Positions 1 to 13,782 of a stretch of 64,000 nt of DNA are shown here, piece after piece (the first letter of the stretch is position 1; every line of letters starts with the position of its first letter). Where the stretch lies: contig OZ037769.1 in the NCBI GenBank assembly GCA_964035545.1, positions 10,880,633 to 10,944,632 on the forward strand, written 5' to 3'. The notes below the pieces were generated by a model, which saw nothing but the letters and a program-made list of their open reading frames with translations, was not told the DNA's origin and ran no database searches. A program made the position numbers and the translations under genes. The stretch is from Bugula neritina. Lineage: Eukaryota; Animalia; Bryozoa.

Positions 1-118
1 GCTTATGATATTGAGAGTTGTCTTTCTTATTTATGTCTGCCATATTATATTTTTTCACAGGCTCAAAATTTTCATTCCATTGAAGTGATGCAACCTTAAG
101 ATATGGGAATATCTAGAC

Positions 119-463
119 CAGGGCTGTCCAACAGGCGGCCCAAGGGCCAGATGTGGCCCCCAGCCTACATTTATGTGGCCCTCGAAGGCATAAAGCTAAA
201 ATATTTTTTCACTGTTCACATGAATTAAAGTGAAAAGCCACCTTTTAGATGCCTTATTTATACAAATAACACAAAAAATGCAGCTGGCAGTAACTATTGA
301 GACTTGAAGTTAATTGTGTAATGATTCATAAAGTTTTGGAATAAAGTAGTTTGAAAAATACTGATGCTGTGGCCCCCAGCACAAGCTGAAGCTTACAATG
401 TGGCCCTCCCCATGAGATATTTCATTTCTGTGGCCCTCGGTTTGAAAAGGTTGGACACCCCTG
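119..463. mobile_element. Non-autonomous hAT (Charlie-like) MITE, 345 bp
   Basis: TIRs CAGGGCTGTCCAAC (119-132) and GTTGGACACCCCTG (450-463). Perfect 8-bp TSD ATCTAGAC at 111-118 and 464-471. Repeated subterminal GTGGCCC motifs. Confidence 0.9.
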
Positions 464-1570
464 ATCTAGACTAATCGTGTCCTCTGTGATTATAGGCAAA
501 GATACATAACTCCTAAAACATGTACTAAGTGTAAGCTACCAAGTTCTAAATAACTAATTAAATAATTATATTAATATCTGCTGAAATATCATCGTTCAAA
601 CTGTTACTTAAAAGTTGTTAACTAATTAAACACTAAATGTTTTATTATGTTTAGCAATCTGCCCGTCATCCTTATCTCAGGATGATCTATTTTTGTCTCT
701 GTTTCCTCTTTTTTTCACATGCATTCCACCACATTAAAACAAAGAGTAATGAGGTATGAAGTCAGCAATGTCTTCAAGAGAGTTATGAGCCCTTGACATA
801 ATTTTTCCTAACAATAATAATACCTGTTAATTGTTACTAAATCATCACTAAATTGACTCTGAGAAGTTACCATGAGCAATACGGTACTAGGCTTAATATA
901 TGCAAGCCGTATGGGAAACTTTCTAAAAACTGAATACATTTAGTTAACATTTTGTATATATAAGTCATTTATATATAATATTCTGCTCTCAATCATATAT
1001 TCACAGACTCTGCAGGTTATATATAATATTTTTAAAACCAAAAGCTGTTTCCAATAAAAGATATTTGATACCAGAATTCACTGCAATTTTTCCTCATGCA
1101 TATTCGAAAATCACTATAAATATGACTATATTATTATGTATGACTGTAGCACCAATTAGTGTCCTTTTCAAATGCAAAAAGAAGGAAAAACTATGATTAA
1201 ATTGCCCTATCTTGCAATTATATGAAAATAAAAATGTTATGTTAGTTCAATAAGGTTAAGTAAAATTTACCCTTATAGTATGTGTTATATGAGCTAATTA
1301 TGACACCTTTACTAAAGTTGCCTTTATACCTTCACGATTTTCAGTCAGAATTTCAATTTCAATTTCATTATTAACTTAAACTCGGTACTTTTTTCAGCAG
1401 AGGTATAAACGCAACTTTAGCCTACAACAAACTGAAAGGCTTCATTTTGTAATTTTCAAGTCACTAGAACACTAGTTTGATGACAAGCATTCAAAAGGCC
1501 ATATGGCATAAAATTTCCTGAGACATCATGAGAATGGCATTGCATTAGCTTATCTGTTGCATGCTACTCT

Positions 1571-4205
1571 TCAAGCAGGGAAATTTTGCTGGTGATTGTA
1601 TTGGGTTAGAAGTCGTCTCCCACTCATTGGTGCTATGCTTCGCCGTAGACCAGTAAAGCTCACTGACTTTCTGCTACTCCTTTCACCATCAACTCTGGTG
1701 GGATTACCATGGCCTAGTCTTTCCTGTTATAGGGAGTAATTTATATATTACATACAGTATAACAAATGTTTGTGATGCATATTAATGTATGATATCAGTG
1801 GTCAGATCTTCATGATTTCTTGTATTTTATACCATGAAAAGTGACTTTTAGTGTAGACCAATAGCAATTAAGTTATATATTTATACATTTTAAACAGAGT
1901 GCATTGCATACAATGTGAAGGCCTGGGTTACAGATGTGTTTAAATTGCATGCTGATGAATTAATATTAGAGTAAAAGAATCATATAAGTGTATGATACCA
2001 ACACCTTTAAAAATAAAATTTAAGAAATAATTAGAAAGTTATAAAAGATAGTAATATAAGCAGAGAATAATAAAGGGAATACAATATTATCATATTAAAA
2101 ATAAAATGTACATAGCAATAAAACAAAAATCAAAGTGAATAATCTGCCATTTCTCCAGGCTATTTATTGCATTCACTAAGGCTTAAGTAAGATAAAATTG
2201 AGAAATTCTAATTATATAAAATAATATGCATCCCTTTTGAGAGATTAGGCTATATGCCCGATCTCTCCTGTAATAGACTGTGATTCAAAACTCTTCACAG
2301 ACAATATAATATTTACTTTTTATAATTGTAAAACAGATGCCAGTTTGAACTTATTATCTAAGAAGATCTAACGCATAGCCAAGCACTCAAGAGTTACTCA
2401 TATCATTCTCTATAAGCTAAACTTTTCATCTAATTCTAGCATATATATTCAAGCATATTACTACATGGCATTGGGGAAGGAGAAAAGATTGTGTTTCTTG
2501 GAGTTAATTATATTGCTATGTACATTTTACATTATAGTATTGTTTCCTTTATCAATTTGCAGGTTTTCATTAGCATCTTCTATAACTTTTATCACTGAAG
2601 TATTTATTACTCTGTGGTTTTCAAAGTGTTGGTGTAATGAACTTATACAATATTTTTGCTCCAACACCACATCAACTGCAGTTGAAACACATCCAATGAC
2701 CCTTTCGAATGCAGTACAGAGAAACATGACATTATGTTAATAGTAGATGAACATGCAGTTTACTTTAATTATGAGCACAATCTTGCTACATAAATTTAAA
2801 GCGTTGCTTTTAAAAAGCTGTAAAATATAACTGATGTTATTACATTTGGTTATATTAAGCTAGCATATGCCTAATATTTATAATATTTGCAATTGCCATG
2901 ATGTCAGACTGTCTTGCCCACAATAATTCATATAGATGTCACTCTCATACAGACATATAATGTATAATCACTCTCATACAGGCATATACTGTATAATCAC
3001 TCTTATACAAGCATATAATGTATAATCACTCTCATACAGGCATATATAATGTATAATCACTCTCATACAGGCATATACTGTATAATCACTCTCATACAGG
3101 CATATACTGTATAATCACTCTCATATAATAATGTATAATCACCTCAGACTCAGGAGGTGTATGAGCTGATATTCTCTCTTTGCCAGTGCTAACTGACATC
3201 ACTGGCTTCAACCTCTTCTGATCTACATGTACCGGTACTTTCTCAGTAAACATTCGGTTGAAGTTGCCTTCTCTATTACTTAGTTCTAGTCTGTATTTCT
3301 GCACCAGCTTTTTGAGGTTTTCCAGTTCTTCTTTCATTTTCTAAAGCAATGTTTGTTGAGGCATGATATAATAGTATTCTTGAAGCTACAATATTGTCAT
3401 TGTGTGCTGCAAGATTATAGAGTATGGACTAAATGTAATACTGCAATCTAATAAATAATGCATTGATTACATTGAATAATAACAGTGACAAGAAGAACTT
3501 GTAGGAGTGGCTAGTGACGAAGTACTGCTAGGAGTGGCTAGGGATAGGGGGCACTGTTAGGAGTGGCTAGTGACAGCAAAGAAACTGTTGAGACTTCAAA
3601 GTCAAGCAGAAAAGGTTTTAGAGTAGAAATTTAAGTTAATATCTGCTATCCTTGTAATCCATTTTATTTATTAACCAATGACATAGTTATAAAGTTTAAA
3701 CAAGGACAGCAGCACATTTTCGAAGACAGATATGGTTGGGCATAGAAGAAGGTACAGCCAAGAAGTGTAAATAATTACATTGACTGATGTAGATGCCTAA
3801 AGTAACACGACCATAGGATCTGTGCACAATACTGGAGACAGGCATAATGTTAGCTGTAGAACTAGATGCTGATCAACTTATGTATGTTCCCACACTGATA
3901 TGATGAGGCATGCAGGGTGACTAACATAAAAGCTGATGAGGTAAAAGTTGTGTGTCATATGTCGTCAACTCTCTCTTCTGTCAACTTTACTAACCTGATG
4001 GTTAACACTGACGTCTGTATCATTGGAATTAGGAATACTTGCAGACCGTCTGGATGAAGTTAATTCAATACTAGACTTTCTGGTGATTTCTCTCTTGAGA
4101 GATTTGAGTTCCGACTCAGCTTGCTGTAGTTTCTTAGCTGTACTTATTTCTTTGGACTGTGATTCTGATAACATCGACCTGCACACAATAATATTCAGAA
4201 ATATA

Positions 4206-4238
<33 letters not shown>

Positions 4239-6901
4239 ACTCACTCTGTGTGGTGCAGGGGCTGTTTTAGGGTTTGTCCCCTCGTCAGCAGAAAACAATG
4301 GAAGAAACTTAAGCATATTTAAAAGGAGTGTGAGTTTAATCCAGTGTGCTCAAGTAATTCCAGGTTTGCATAAGGCTAAAAACCTGAATTCAGGGCCATG
4401 ATTGAATTGCTCAATCACAGAAGTTCCCATTTAAGAGCTTTGAGTGAGAGTAGTATAAGTATATATTAAAAGTACAGGCCATCATTGATTTTCAGCACAC
4501 ATGATTATTTCACAGAGCTCAATTCATGCTCAACTCTGCATTAGAGTTGAAACACATTATAACCTTAAGGAAGATTTTGCTTTACCAATTATTGATCCAG
4601 AGCATAATATTATTTCTGCATTATTGATTTTGAATGCCAATTTATTTCCTGCACAGTAATATTTAGTTCAAGCCTGTTACATTCTGCATGACTTAATGAA
4701 AAAGAGAAGTTTATATAAAGTATAATAAAGCCATAACATGATTGTTGTTTTCATTGCTCTTTATCTTTACTATTTTTAATAAGCTTCGTGTCATCTAATT
4801 GAGTTATGGCAGCTTTATTCATTTTCTCTATTACATTAAAAATTGTTAATAAAGAAAACTTGCCCAAAAATTGCCATTTTCAATCCTTTTAGATCACATG
4901 TTGCAGTGAGAGATAGCAAATCAAATGCATTTAAAATTATTTTCTCAAAAAAGAAAAATGTTGATGGGATAGTGGAATATAATGTGAGCTGAAATAGACT
5001 GCTTGATGTAATGCTCAGCAAAACAAATTTCAAAAAGGCAAAAATGAAAAATGATATAACCACTGCTTGTTTTCACTAAGTATTTGCATTTCTATCTTCA
5101 CTGTAAAAACAAATATTTCTCAAGCCCTGTACACCCGGCAGACCTAGTGCATGGAATGCAGCAATTTAGGTAATGTGTATTGTATAGAAAAGAGGGAGCA
5201 GCCGTAGTCTAGGGGTTAGAGTGTTTGCCTAGTAAACATGAGGTCATGGGTTCGAACTGTCAAAGGCCATTGGTGATGTTAGGAAGAGAATCCAGTCATA
5301 ATTGCTCCTGTGCCTCATTTAAATAAGTTCTTAGTTCCGATTTAACAAAAACCCTTCCCATCAGGGGTTTTCTCACAGAGATAGCAACTATAAACTTTCG
5401 TGAGTGAGTGAGTTATTGTATAGAAAAGCACATTTCATCATTCTCTTGCTGAAAATGACACCACCACCAATAAAAATGTTTAGGATTTCAATTAATGTAT
5501 TTCGAGTCAGATTATTGATAATTTATCAACATATTATTCGTTATATGATATGGCTAATATTTAGTGCAGCATGAAATATAAGCAAATAATATAATATGTA
5601 GCTTGAACTGACCTCAGAGTTTGGCTTTCATCTCTGTGTTGAGCCGATGTGGTCTGTAGAACAGTGGATAGTTGCTCATATTCTTTGCATTGTTCTGCCA
5701 ACTTTCTATTCAACTGGTCAACTTCTTTTTTCTTACTCATTAATTGCATGTTTAGAGTTTGTGATGAGTCAGCCATTGACGTTTGCAAGAGACATAACTC
5801 CTGCTCCACTCTAGTTAATGATTCTTTTAACGCTACGTTATTCGTCTTTTCTGTTAAATACTGGCTCTCCTTACTGTCAAATTTCTTAGACCATTTGCTT
5901 TCCAGCTCCAACAGGGCTTGGTCTATCTTAGTCCTAAGAACTTCTTCACTTGAATTTGAGTTTAGCTTTTCTGTTGCTATATTCAATTCCTTCTCCAAGA
6001 TGTCTATTTTTTTCTTGTAGCTTAAGTGTATTCTATCTAATTCTTTGTTGTACAGCTCTTTCGACATCTGAATTTCAACCTGTACAAGTAGAAAGCAACT
6101 AGTTTTTTGAACACAGAGCAACGTAATTACATTAAGTTTATAAAGTTGAAGTATACACAAACTTTATATGCACTTTATATATACTTTACTTTGCACAAGC
6201 CACTTTCTATACAAATATATTAATAAATTTAGGGCAGCCTTTGCTTCTGTCAAAAATGTTTATATAATATTATTATGATAATATAATTATAAAATATTTT
6301 CATGGCAATAGCTTTAATGGCATCATAGTTTTACATATAAAGGGTTATGAGGTACAACAATTATTTTAAATCGGCAAAGAAACATTTAAATACAATCCTA
6401 CTAATTTATATGTTATTTTAAGTACCTAATTTGTAAGAATGTTTTTAAGTTTCTTATAATATATCTCTGTTATTTATGCTCTAGAGTCTAGTCTGTGAAA
6501 AGCTTTCTATGCACATGGTATATTATTACCAGGTTTTAATCTGCAACTTTATTAGCTAATTTGTTGTTCTCAACATTAATGGTAATAAAAAGAAATAAAC
6601 AAATATTGAGTAATTTGCCATTTTACCATTAAAAAATATTAAAAATTGCAGCTAAAAAAGGTTATGAATTCTTCCACGTATTTGAAACACCCACACAATA
6701 CTTTAGCAACAGTTTGTGCATCCATCATGCACAATATTAATGAACAAATATCCCAATCATAAGGAGTAAAAGTAATAATCTGTTTACCTCTCTCTCGTGA
6801 TTTCTAGTAAAGAGCATGTGGACAACCTGCGTCAACTCTGCCACCTTTTTAGACATTTTATAGTCAAACCCTTTCTTTGAGTTGCTTCCTTTAGCAGCCA
6901 T
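1571..6901 (-). CDS. FAM184-family coiled-coil protein, short form (~370 aa, 5 coding exons)
   Basis: GT-AG exons in frame: 6901-6788 (MAAKGSNSKKGFDYKMSKKVAELTQVVHMLFTRNHERE, resembling the FAM184 N-terminal KMSKKIAQLTKVI motif), 6079-5613, 4178-3995, 3340-3143 (YRLELSNREGNFNRMF, resembling the FAM184 C-terminal LELVNRETNFNKVF motif), and 1723-1571 (ends in TGA; least certain exon). Confidence 0.75.
2938..3142. repeat. ~29-bp minisatellite (~7 copies) starting at the minus-strand splice donor
   Basis: Unit approximately CACTCTCATACAGGCATATACTGTATAAT. On the minus strand each unit contains GTGATTATAC, identical to the donor at 3142. Confidence 0.85.
4264..4288 (-). ncRNA. Degenerate hammerhead-ribozyme-like core (possible Penelope-like element remnant)
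   Basis: Minus strand reads CTGACGA-GGGG-ACAAA-CCCT-AAAAC, related to the copy at 8494. An (AT)n tract at ~4200-4237 follows about 25 nt downstream. Confidence 0.45.
5193..5413 (+). mobile_element. tRNA-derived SINE, copy 1
   Basis: Head GGGAGCAGCCGTAGTCTAGGGGTTAG (A box) and GGTTCGAAC (B box), (GAGT)n tail, 15-bp TSD TATTGTATAGAAAAG at 5178-5192 and 5414-5428. Homologous to the copies at 13956 and 42074. Confidence 0.9.
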
Positions 6902-8493
6902 ATTGGCAGACCTATAGTGAAGTGTCTGTCAGTTTGTTCCTATCTGAAGATCAATAATTAACATAGTATCTGTATTAACTTAAAATTTATCTTCTTGTAC
7001 AAACACAATTCTAATTACTTAGCACTGTATACTTTTTAGTTTGGTTTAAGTAAAGTCAGTTTGATAAGCATAAGAAATGCTGTAACAAACTGTTGCCATC
7101 TCTATGTACTTTGTTGTTATTGTGTTAGCATTGTTGCCAAGCCCACTATAATATTATATTTTTTATTATGAAATGTTGTTAGGGTTCTTATGGGCGTTTA
7201 TTCTGTATTTAAATGCCAATACAGTGAAAATTGCCTACAAGCTGTTGGCATTTGGCAACTGTAAAACAATAACATATCAAACATTGAATACTTTAAAATG
7301 AGTATAAGTTAAAAAGAAATCACAGTTTGAGAAGTCTCTTTGTACACATAGCAATACATTTCAACAGTTTACCTCAAGATTGATCCTTTCAAAGTTAGAG
7401 ATGTAAAAGTTGAAGTGAAGTCATGCTCCAAAAGCTCTAAGATCATAAAAAACTGGTAACTATATAAACAAAACTTTTTCAGCCCAAGAGCTCAGAGTCT
7501 AAGCTAACGGCTAGCAGTCTACTAAATAACGTTGGTTTCATGTCACTGATTGTATACATTGAACAACAAATTCAATAGTTTCTACAATTGTTAACAATAG
7601 AATGAATAGGTTGTTTTGTATTATTTACTCAAGCTCTATAGAACTAAAACTTGCATATTAAATGATATGTTATAACACAACATGCGCTAAAATCTTAGCC
7701 CTCTATAGTCTTTCACAACAAAAACATACAACTTACTTTTGAAAATTGCTTTGAAATTTGTTTGTTAATTAGTTTAATGTCTCTTATCTTATAGTGTTAA
7801 GCAATATAGGTGTGTTGCACTCATCTCTCTATATTATACAGAGTCTAAGAAATAAGCTTCAGTTAGCTTAGACTTCTGGCTTATCTGTCGTATGAGGGAC
7901 ACATAGTATTTCTCACTTTCCAAACATTTAAATATTTTTACATTCAGCTCAACTTTGGAATTTAAATTATTGAAGCAGAAATCAAGAAACATGAGCTAAA
8001 GATCATGTGTGACTTTGTTGCTTTATTTCTTATAATGAATTCATGGCCGTTTGGTTGAAGTAAGACTTAACCGTGCCAATATGTTGAAGGATGCACAACA
8101 CTCAACCATGTGCAGCATTATATACACAGTATAAATATATTAGAAGCCGACAAATATTATCATTCACTATAATAAATTTTCTCTTTTATCCGATACAAAA
8201 AAGCTCATGTCTGTCCAAGTGAAATGTTTCCCTAAAAACCACAGCTTAATTTTGTGATCACAATATATTATTCAAAATAATACAAACCAAAGTGACATGT
8301 CTAAGATTATTGCTGCAACACTATTCAATATTATCAGTAAATGTTTTTATTACTATGTTTTAACTATTAGTTAGAATAAAATTTTAGAAATTTATTTTAT
8401 TGGTGGGTTTTGGGTTTAGCTTTGTTGAACTAAAAACTTGTATCTAAATAACATTTTTATTATGTGCATTGTATGACATGTAGGACGCATGTG

Positions 8494-8518
8494 CTGATGA
8501 GAGGACAAATCCCGAAAC
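8494..8518 (+). ncRNA. Hammerhead-ribozyme-like core (possible Penelope-like element remnant)
   Basis: CTGATGA-G(A)GGA-CAAA-TCC-C-GAAAC, giving the CUGAUGA box, stem II and GAAA box. Immediately followed by AT repeats. Stems I and III are not clearly intact. Confidence 0.5.
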
Positions 8519-8537
8519 CGTTATATATATAATATGT

Positions 8538-8638
<101 letters not shown>

Positions 8639-9251
8639 TAAAATATATAATATGTTATAGATAATGCCTCTATATATAGAGCAATTATATGTAACCAAAC
8701 ATGCCTTTCTTACCTTTTCTTACCACACTTGTCTTTTTCCTGATGCATGAGTGTGTAGATTGCCCAAACATAATCAGATGCATACAATTATTTGGTTGGT
8801 AATAGTTTTTAAATAATTTAAATCAAGACCTGGACAGCCTAGTAAATATTGTAAAATATAATTGTAAAAACTGTCTCAAATATTATATTTACTGTGATAT
8901 CTCAACATAGTATTATGTTATCATTAGATTCAAATCTATTAAATATATTCTATAATTATAGACCAGCGGTTTTTATTTACGTATAATGACTTTATATAGG
9001 AAATAAAGAGAAGAAAAGCAGATCTACTAAAAATATTACAAATAGATTTAACACGGAAATTATGGAGTACTGGGTAGACAATAAAGGGCATACCGAATAT
9101 ATATTTAAAAGAGCAGCTAAACTACAAATCAAACATTTCTACCCCTACGCATTATTGACAAAACTGCATGCTGTTAAAAACTCTAATGGTCAAAGGGTTA
9201 TAAGATATAATATTATTATATTATATAATATCACTGTGCTAATGTTATGTT

Positions 9252-9540
9252 GCGCCATCTTGGTATTGATTATGTAAGATTTATTTGGGAGTTGTATTTT
9301 CCTTATTACTCGAACACGCTCTGCTGTTGTCCGCAATCGAATCAATATTATTAGTCCGATGGGAAAATATTTTACCGACTGCGATTGCATCAAACGTATC
9401 GTTCTGGATTTTTGGGACAACGGCTGTTTTCCGTTTTTTCTTATACTCATATTCATATTGAGGGTAATTTTACCACAATAATGATAAATTGATCATTTAT
9501 ATTACATTTGCTCTGAATCAGTAAACAAACATCTTCAAAT
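9252..9540 (+). promoter_or_regulatory. Probable promoter / non-coding first exon of CK1-gamma
   Basis: Local CpG enrichment and a YY1-type GCGCCATCTT motif at 9252-9261. Possible donor GTAAAG at 9541, followed by low-complexity intron-like sequence. An acceptor at 13681-13682 shows the ATG exon is not the first exon. Confidence 0.35.
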
Positions 9541-10591
9541 GTAAAGAGACTTACACTTGAAATCTAACTATTAGTATTAGACTTAACTTTAGTCTTACTC
9601 TTACTCTTCTGACTTCTGAGTCTTAGACTAACTCCAAGACTTAGACTTAGAGTTAGAGTTGCAGTTACTGTTAGTGAGTTACTATTACTAATTAAGTATT
9701 ATAATAATAATTATGAGTATTAAGCATTACATTTTGATTTAGTCACTTTATTATTACTATTACTATTAGTATTAGTATTTATTTAATCTGATTCTATGAC
9801 TATTGAATTTATTATTTAATGATTTAATCACAAATTTAAATTTAGTTTTAATTTTATGCTATAGACTAAGACTATAGACTATCACTATCAGTATCACTGA
9901 GTATCAGTATAGTCGATAACGCTAGGTTAACTAGAAGATTAAGTATAAATAATTTTATTGTCTGGCAGCCAAAAATTTAAGCTTAAAATAAGACCTAAAA
10001 TGTAGTAATTTAATGGTTTACTTTTACTTTACAACTCTCCTGAGCTTAGAGTTAGAGTTAGTCACTGTGACTGTCAGTGTCACTCTCACTGTTAGTGTCA
10101 ATGTAACTGTAAGTGTTGAACTTGGTGTTGGACTGTAGGTTGATTGACTTTGAGGTTGGATATACTTATTAGTTATACTTATTAGTTATTACTATTAGTA
10201 TTAGGTATTGTATTTGTTGATATCTAAGGCTAATCTTATGATTATAGTTACTTTAAGTTTAAGCTTAGCTTTATTTCATAGTAATTATTATTATGATAAA
10301 TATAATGATATTCATATTGATATTTAATAATATTTTTATTATATAAGTTCTTACCTTCTTACCATACTCCGGATTAGACTAATGCCTGCCAGGTAGGAAA
10401 GTTGGTCAGGCTTCTCGATACAATGAATAATATAATATGAAATTACTGATAATGATAGTGATTAACTGATTATGGTTATCATTAACTTTAAAATTATAAC
10501 TATAAATATAACGTTTTATGCATATAACTATAACTATAGCTTACTATGAGTATGCGTATGACTGTTATTATTAGTATTACTATTACTATTA

Positions 10592-11056
10592 GTGTGTCCA
10601 GGCCATTTCGTACACAAGTCGCTTCTCGTACCCACTTTTTCAGCTCGTTTCGTACACATCTGATAGGACATATGAATATAAATAAACTAAAGGACATATT
10701 TTTATATTTATATTTAATGTATGAGTCATACAGTCTTGCTCACAAATATTAGTAACTTGCACATTTCATTTCACCGCATGTTTATTTATTGTGATATGTA
10801 GGTGATAGGGGGAACTGCTCTTTTGGCTTAGATATTCATATTGATATTGTTGTCAGTAGATGGCAGCACATAGTTAATGAAAATGTTTTTTGTTTCAAAA
10901 GCATGCTGGGAGAAAAAGAGAGCTGGGATGCAATAAATAAGAAAACTAGTATCATTCAAGTGGTTATCTAGTGTATTAATTTATTATTAATTTCGTGTAC
11001 GAAATGGATAGCAGTTTGTGTACGAAATGGCTTGTGTACAAAACGACGGTAACCCC
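10592..11056. mobile_element. Putative MITE with inverted subterminal TTTCGTACAC repeats
   Basis: Left end has CCATTTCGTACACAAG and variants (10602-10657). Right end has inverted GTGTACGAAATGG copies ending in GGTAACCCC. TSD is ambiguous because the flanks are low complexity. Confidence 0.6.
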
Positions 11057-13782
11057 TATTGCTATTAGAATTACTATTAGTATTATAGTTACTAAATAAT
11101 TATAAATTATTACTATTAGTATTAGTATTACTACTACTGCTAGTATTACTATTCTTATGACTAATAAATAATAAGTATTAATTATTGCTCAGCCTTATGC
11201 TGTTCTACTTTTGACTAATAGTAATAGTAAAAAGTAGTACTAATACTAATAGTAATAGTAATATTATTTAAGTTTACCAACTTTTACTTTTCATTTTGCT
11301 TTACGTAGCTTTAGACTTAGTCTTCAACTATAGGTGGTTCAACCTGAAATATCAAAATGAGTTTAATAGTCAAACGCTTGAAGACTTATTTAAAGTTATG
11401 ATAGTCATTATGATTATAACCAATCATCTCCATTATGATTAATCATTATTATGATTATCATACTGTTGGTCACAATTTTACTTTGGGTGAAAGAAATATA
11501 AAAAACTAAAAGGAGACAAATTGAAATATATTAAAAGAAAACCTTTAGGTTGATAGTTACAATGACAAATTATAAGTGATAATGTAAGTTTAAAAGTTAT
11601 TTAATCTAAAATGTTTTAGTTTTTATAATAGTTAGTATTTGTGCAGTTTTACTTAAAATTTTTTAATCACTAATTGTCATAGGAGTAATGGTCATAACCT
11701 TAGGACTAGGTTAAAATGATGATCCAAATCCTTCCTGTCATCATGATAGTTTAGTGTGAGGAAATTAGTTTCATTTTATTCTTGGATTAACTATTAACTT
11801 CTCTTTGAAATTGTATTTGAAGTCAAATTTGAAAATTTGCATCTATGCTACTGATAAATGTTGCCCTTGTTGATATACTATTAATGTGACTAATGGTTAT
11901 TTGCCTTAAAAGTATTAGATTAAAATCAAAATTAATAGTAACTGTAACCACTGTCACTTTTACCAAATTAAATAATCAATACCATTATAAATGCCAACTA
12001 TGAAATTGTTAATTATGCTCATTCTAATGTTGAGTATTAAACTGACTTTATTGTAGTTGATGAATATAATTTAGGCAGCCAAATTGAAAGTTAATTCTAA
12101 TTTTTTATACTTGTCAGTACTAATATTTAGAAGATAATAAACCAAATATAAATGGCCATGTAAATATTGACTATAACAATAATTATGACGGTTATATTGG
12201 ACTGAGAATATAATAGTAGTATATTTGCTATTATGTAGAATGTAGATGATTTTCCTCTTAAGTTTTAGCAGTAATTATAATTGTCATCAGCAAGTTAGTT
12301 AAATAGCAGTAATAGACTTACAATTACATCAATTCAATAACTGTAGCAAATTAATTCCTAACGTTCATCAAAAGTTAAGGACAAAAATCTTAAACCAGTT
12401 GATGTTCAGTTTGATATGGCTTTGTAAAATGGAATAATATTCTGAGTTTTAGTTACAGCAATTCAAACCTTTGTTTTTATCAGTTTGAATATATAGTAAA
12501 AAGTCCAAGTAAATCAATTATAATTCTTAGCTGTCATTAAACTTAAATGAAAGTTATTGTTCATTATTTAATGTTAGATGGTGCTGATAATAATTTAGGG
12601 TGAGCCTATTTTTGTTTTCTATGCAGTCGCATTGCTACCAATATATTTTAAATACTGCACTATTTATAAAGTTTCCTTCAACTAAAAAAGTTAGATTGTA
12701 CAGTAGACAATAAATTCTATGCCATTTTGCGTGCTTTGATTAAATTTGCTACAGAACGGGTATTTTTTATTTTGCTTGTTTGAAAACTTCTAGTCTACGT
12801 ATATAATTACTTTAAATATACAAGCTATTTATTGACTACATACAGGGGGAGGAGTCTTGCTGTTGAGTTTTAATCCTAGTTTATCCAAAAGCATAATCCC
12901 ACTAATATGTTAGCACTTGGAACACTCTTCTAACTTTGATGTCAGAGAGCTTACGTACAACTGCGGTAGCTTTTTTTACAAGAATTAGCAATTTGCATAA
13001 TAATTATGGCTACCGAAATCAATTTTAGCATATATCTCTCTCTCCATCGCTATCTCTACTTAGTAGCTATATCAAGCCAGTTTAAAACTTCCATTTAGAA
13101 TTTATATTCAACAAAAGTTGATTAACCATATCAAAAAGGAAATATTTGTTTATTGTTAATGATATTGGCTCCTTTCACTAAGTTGGTAGTTGATTAATAG
13201 GATGCAATGAAATATAATAATTATTATTATAGTTAATATTATAGTAGTGGTGTGTACTCTACTTTCATTCAAGAACTTCTTACTGATCCTGTAACTACTT
13301 ATCTGGCCCAACATGTACCAACCTGCCTAAACTAGTAGCAGCTATACAGCCCCTTAGTACTCAGTATACTTACAATAGGATGAACTTGATTCAATTCAGT
13401 TCTTCATAAAGATGGCTGATCCTACACTCAATATTAAATGTCATGTCGATTAATTTAATACAAGGTACAGATAGCCTATTATATATATAATTAAAATATA
13501 GTCATGATTTAACTGCCGAATTAAGTTTTGTATTGGTAGTTTTTATCCCTCAGTCTACACTAGATTTCTGACTTTAACCTATTCAAGGTTATGCTATTCA
13601 AAGCAATTACCCCTTGTAAACACTATTCCGCGTATACCCATACCTGTATACCTCCATCAACTTGTGAATGTTTTTGTTGTAGCCTAAAATGAGTTAGCTT
13701 GTCAGAGGCTATGCCAACTTGTGTATCACCTGTAACACACAAGGCTGCTAACTCAATGCTTTAACTGGCACTTCCGGATACA

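Noticed and set aside
5193-5270. tRNA gene (also near 14090-14157 and 42076-42150)
   Set aside because: A and B boxes are present but there is no closed cloverleaf. Each continues into a shared body with TSDs, so they are SINE heads.
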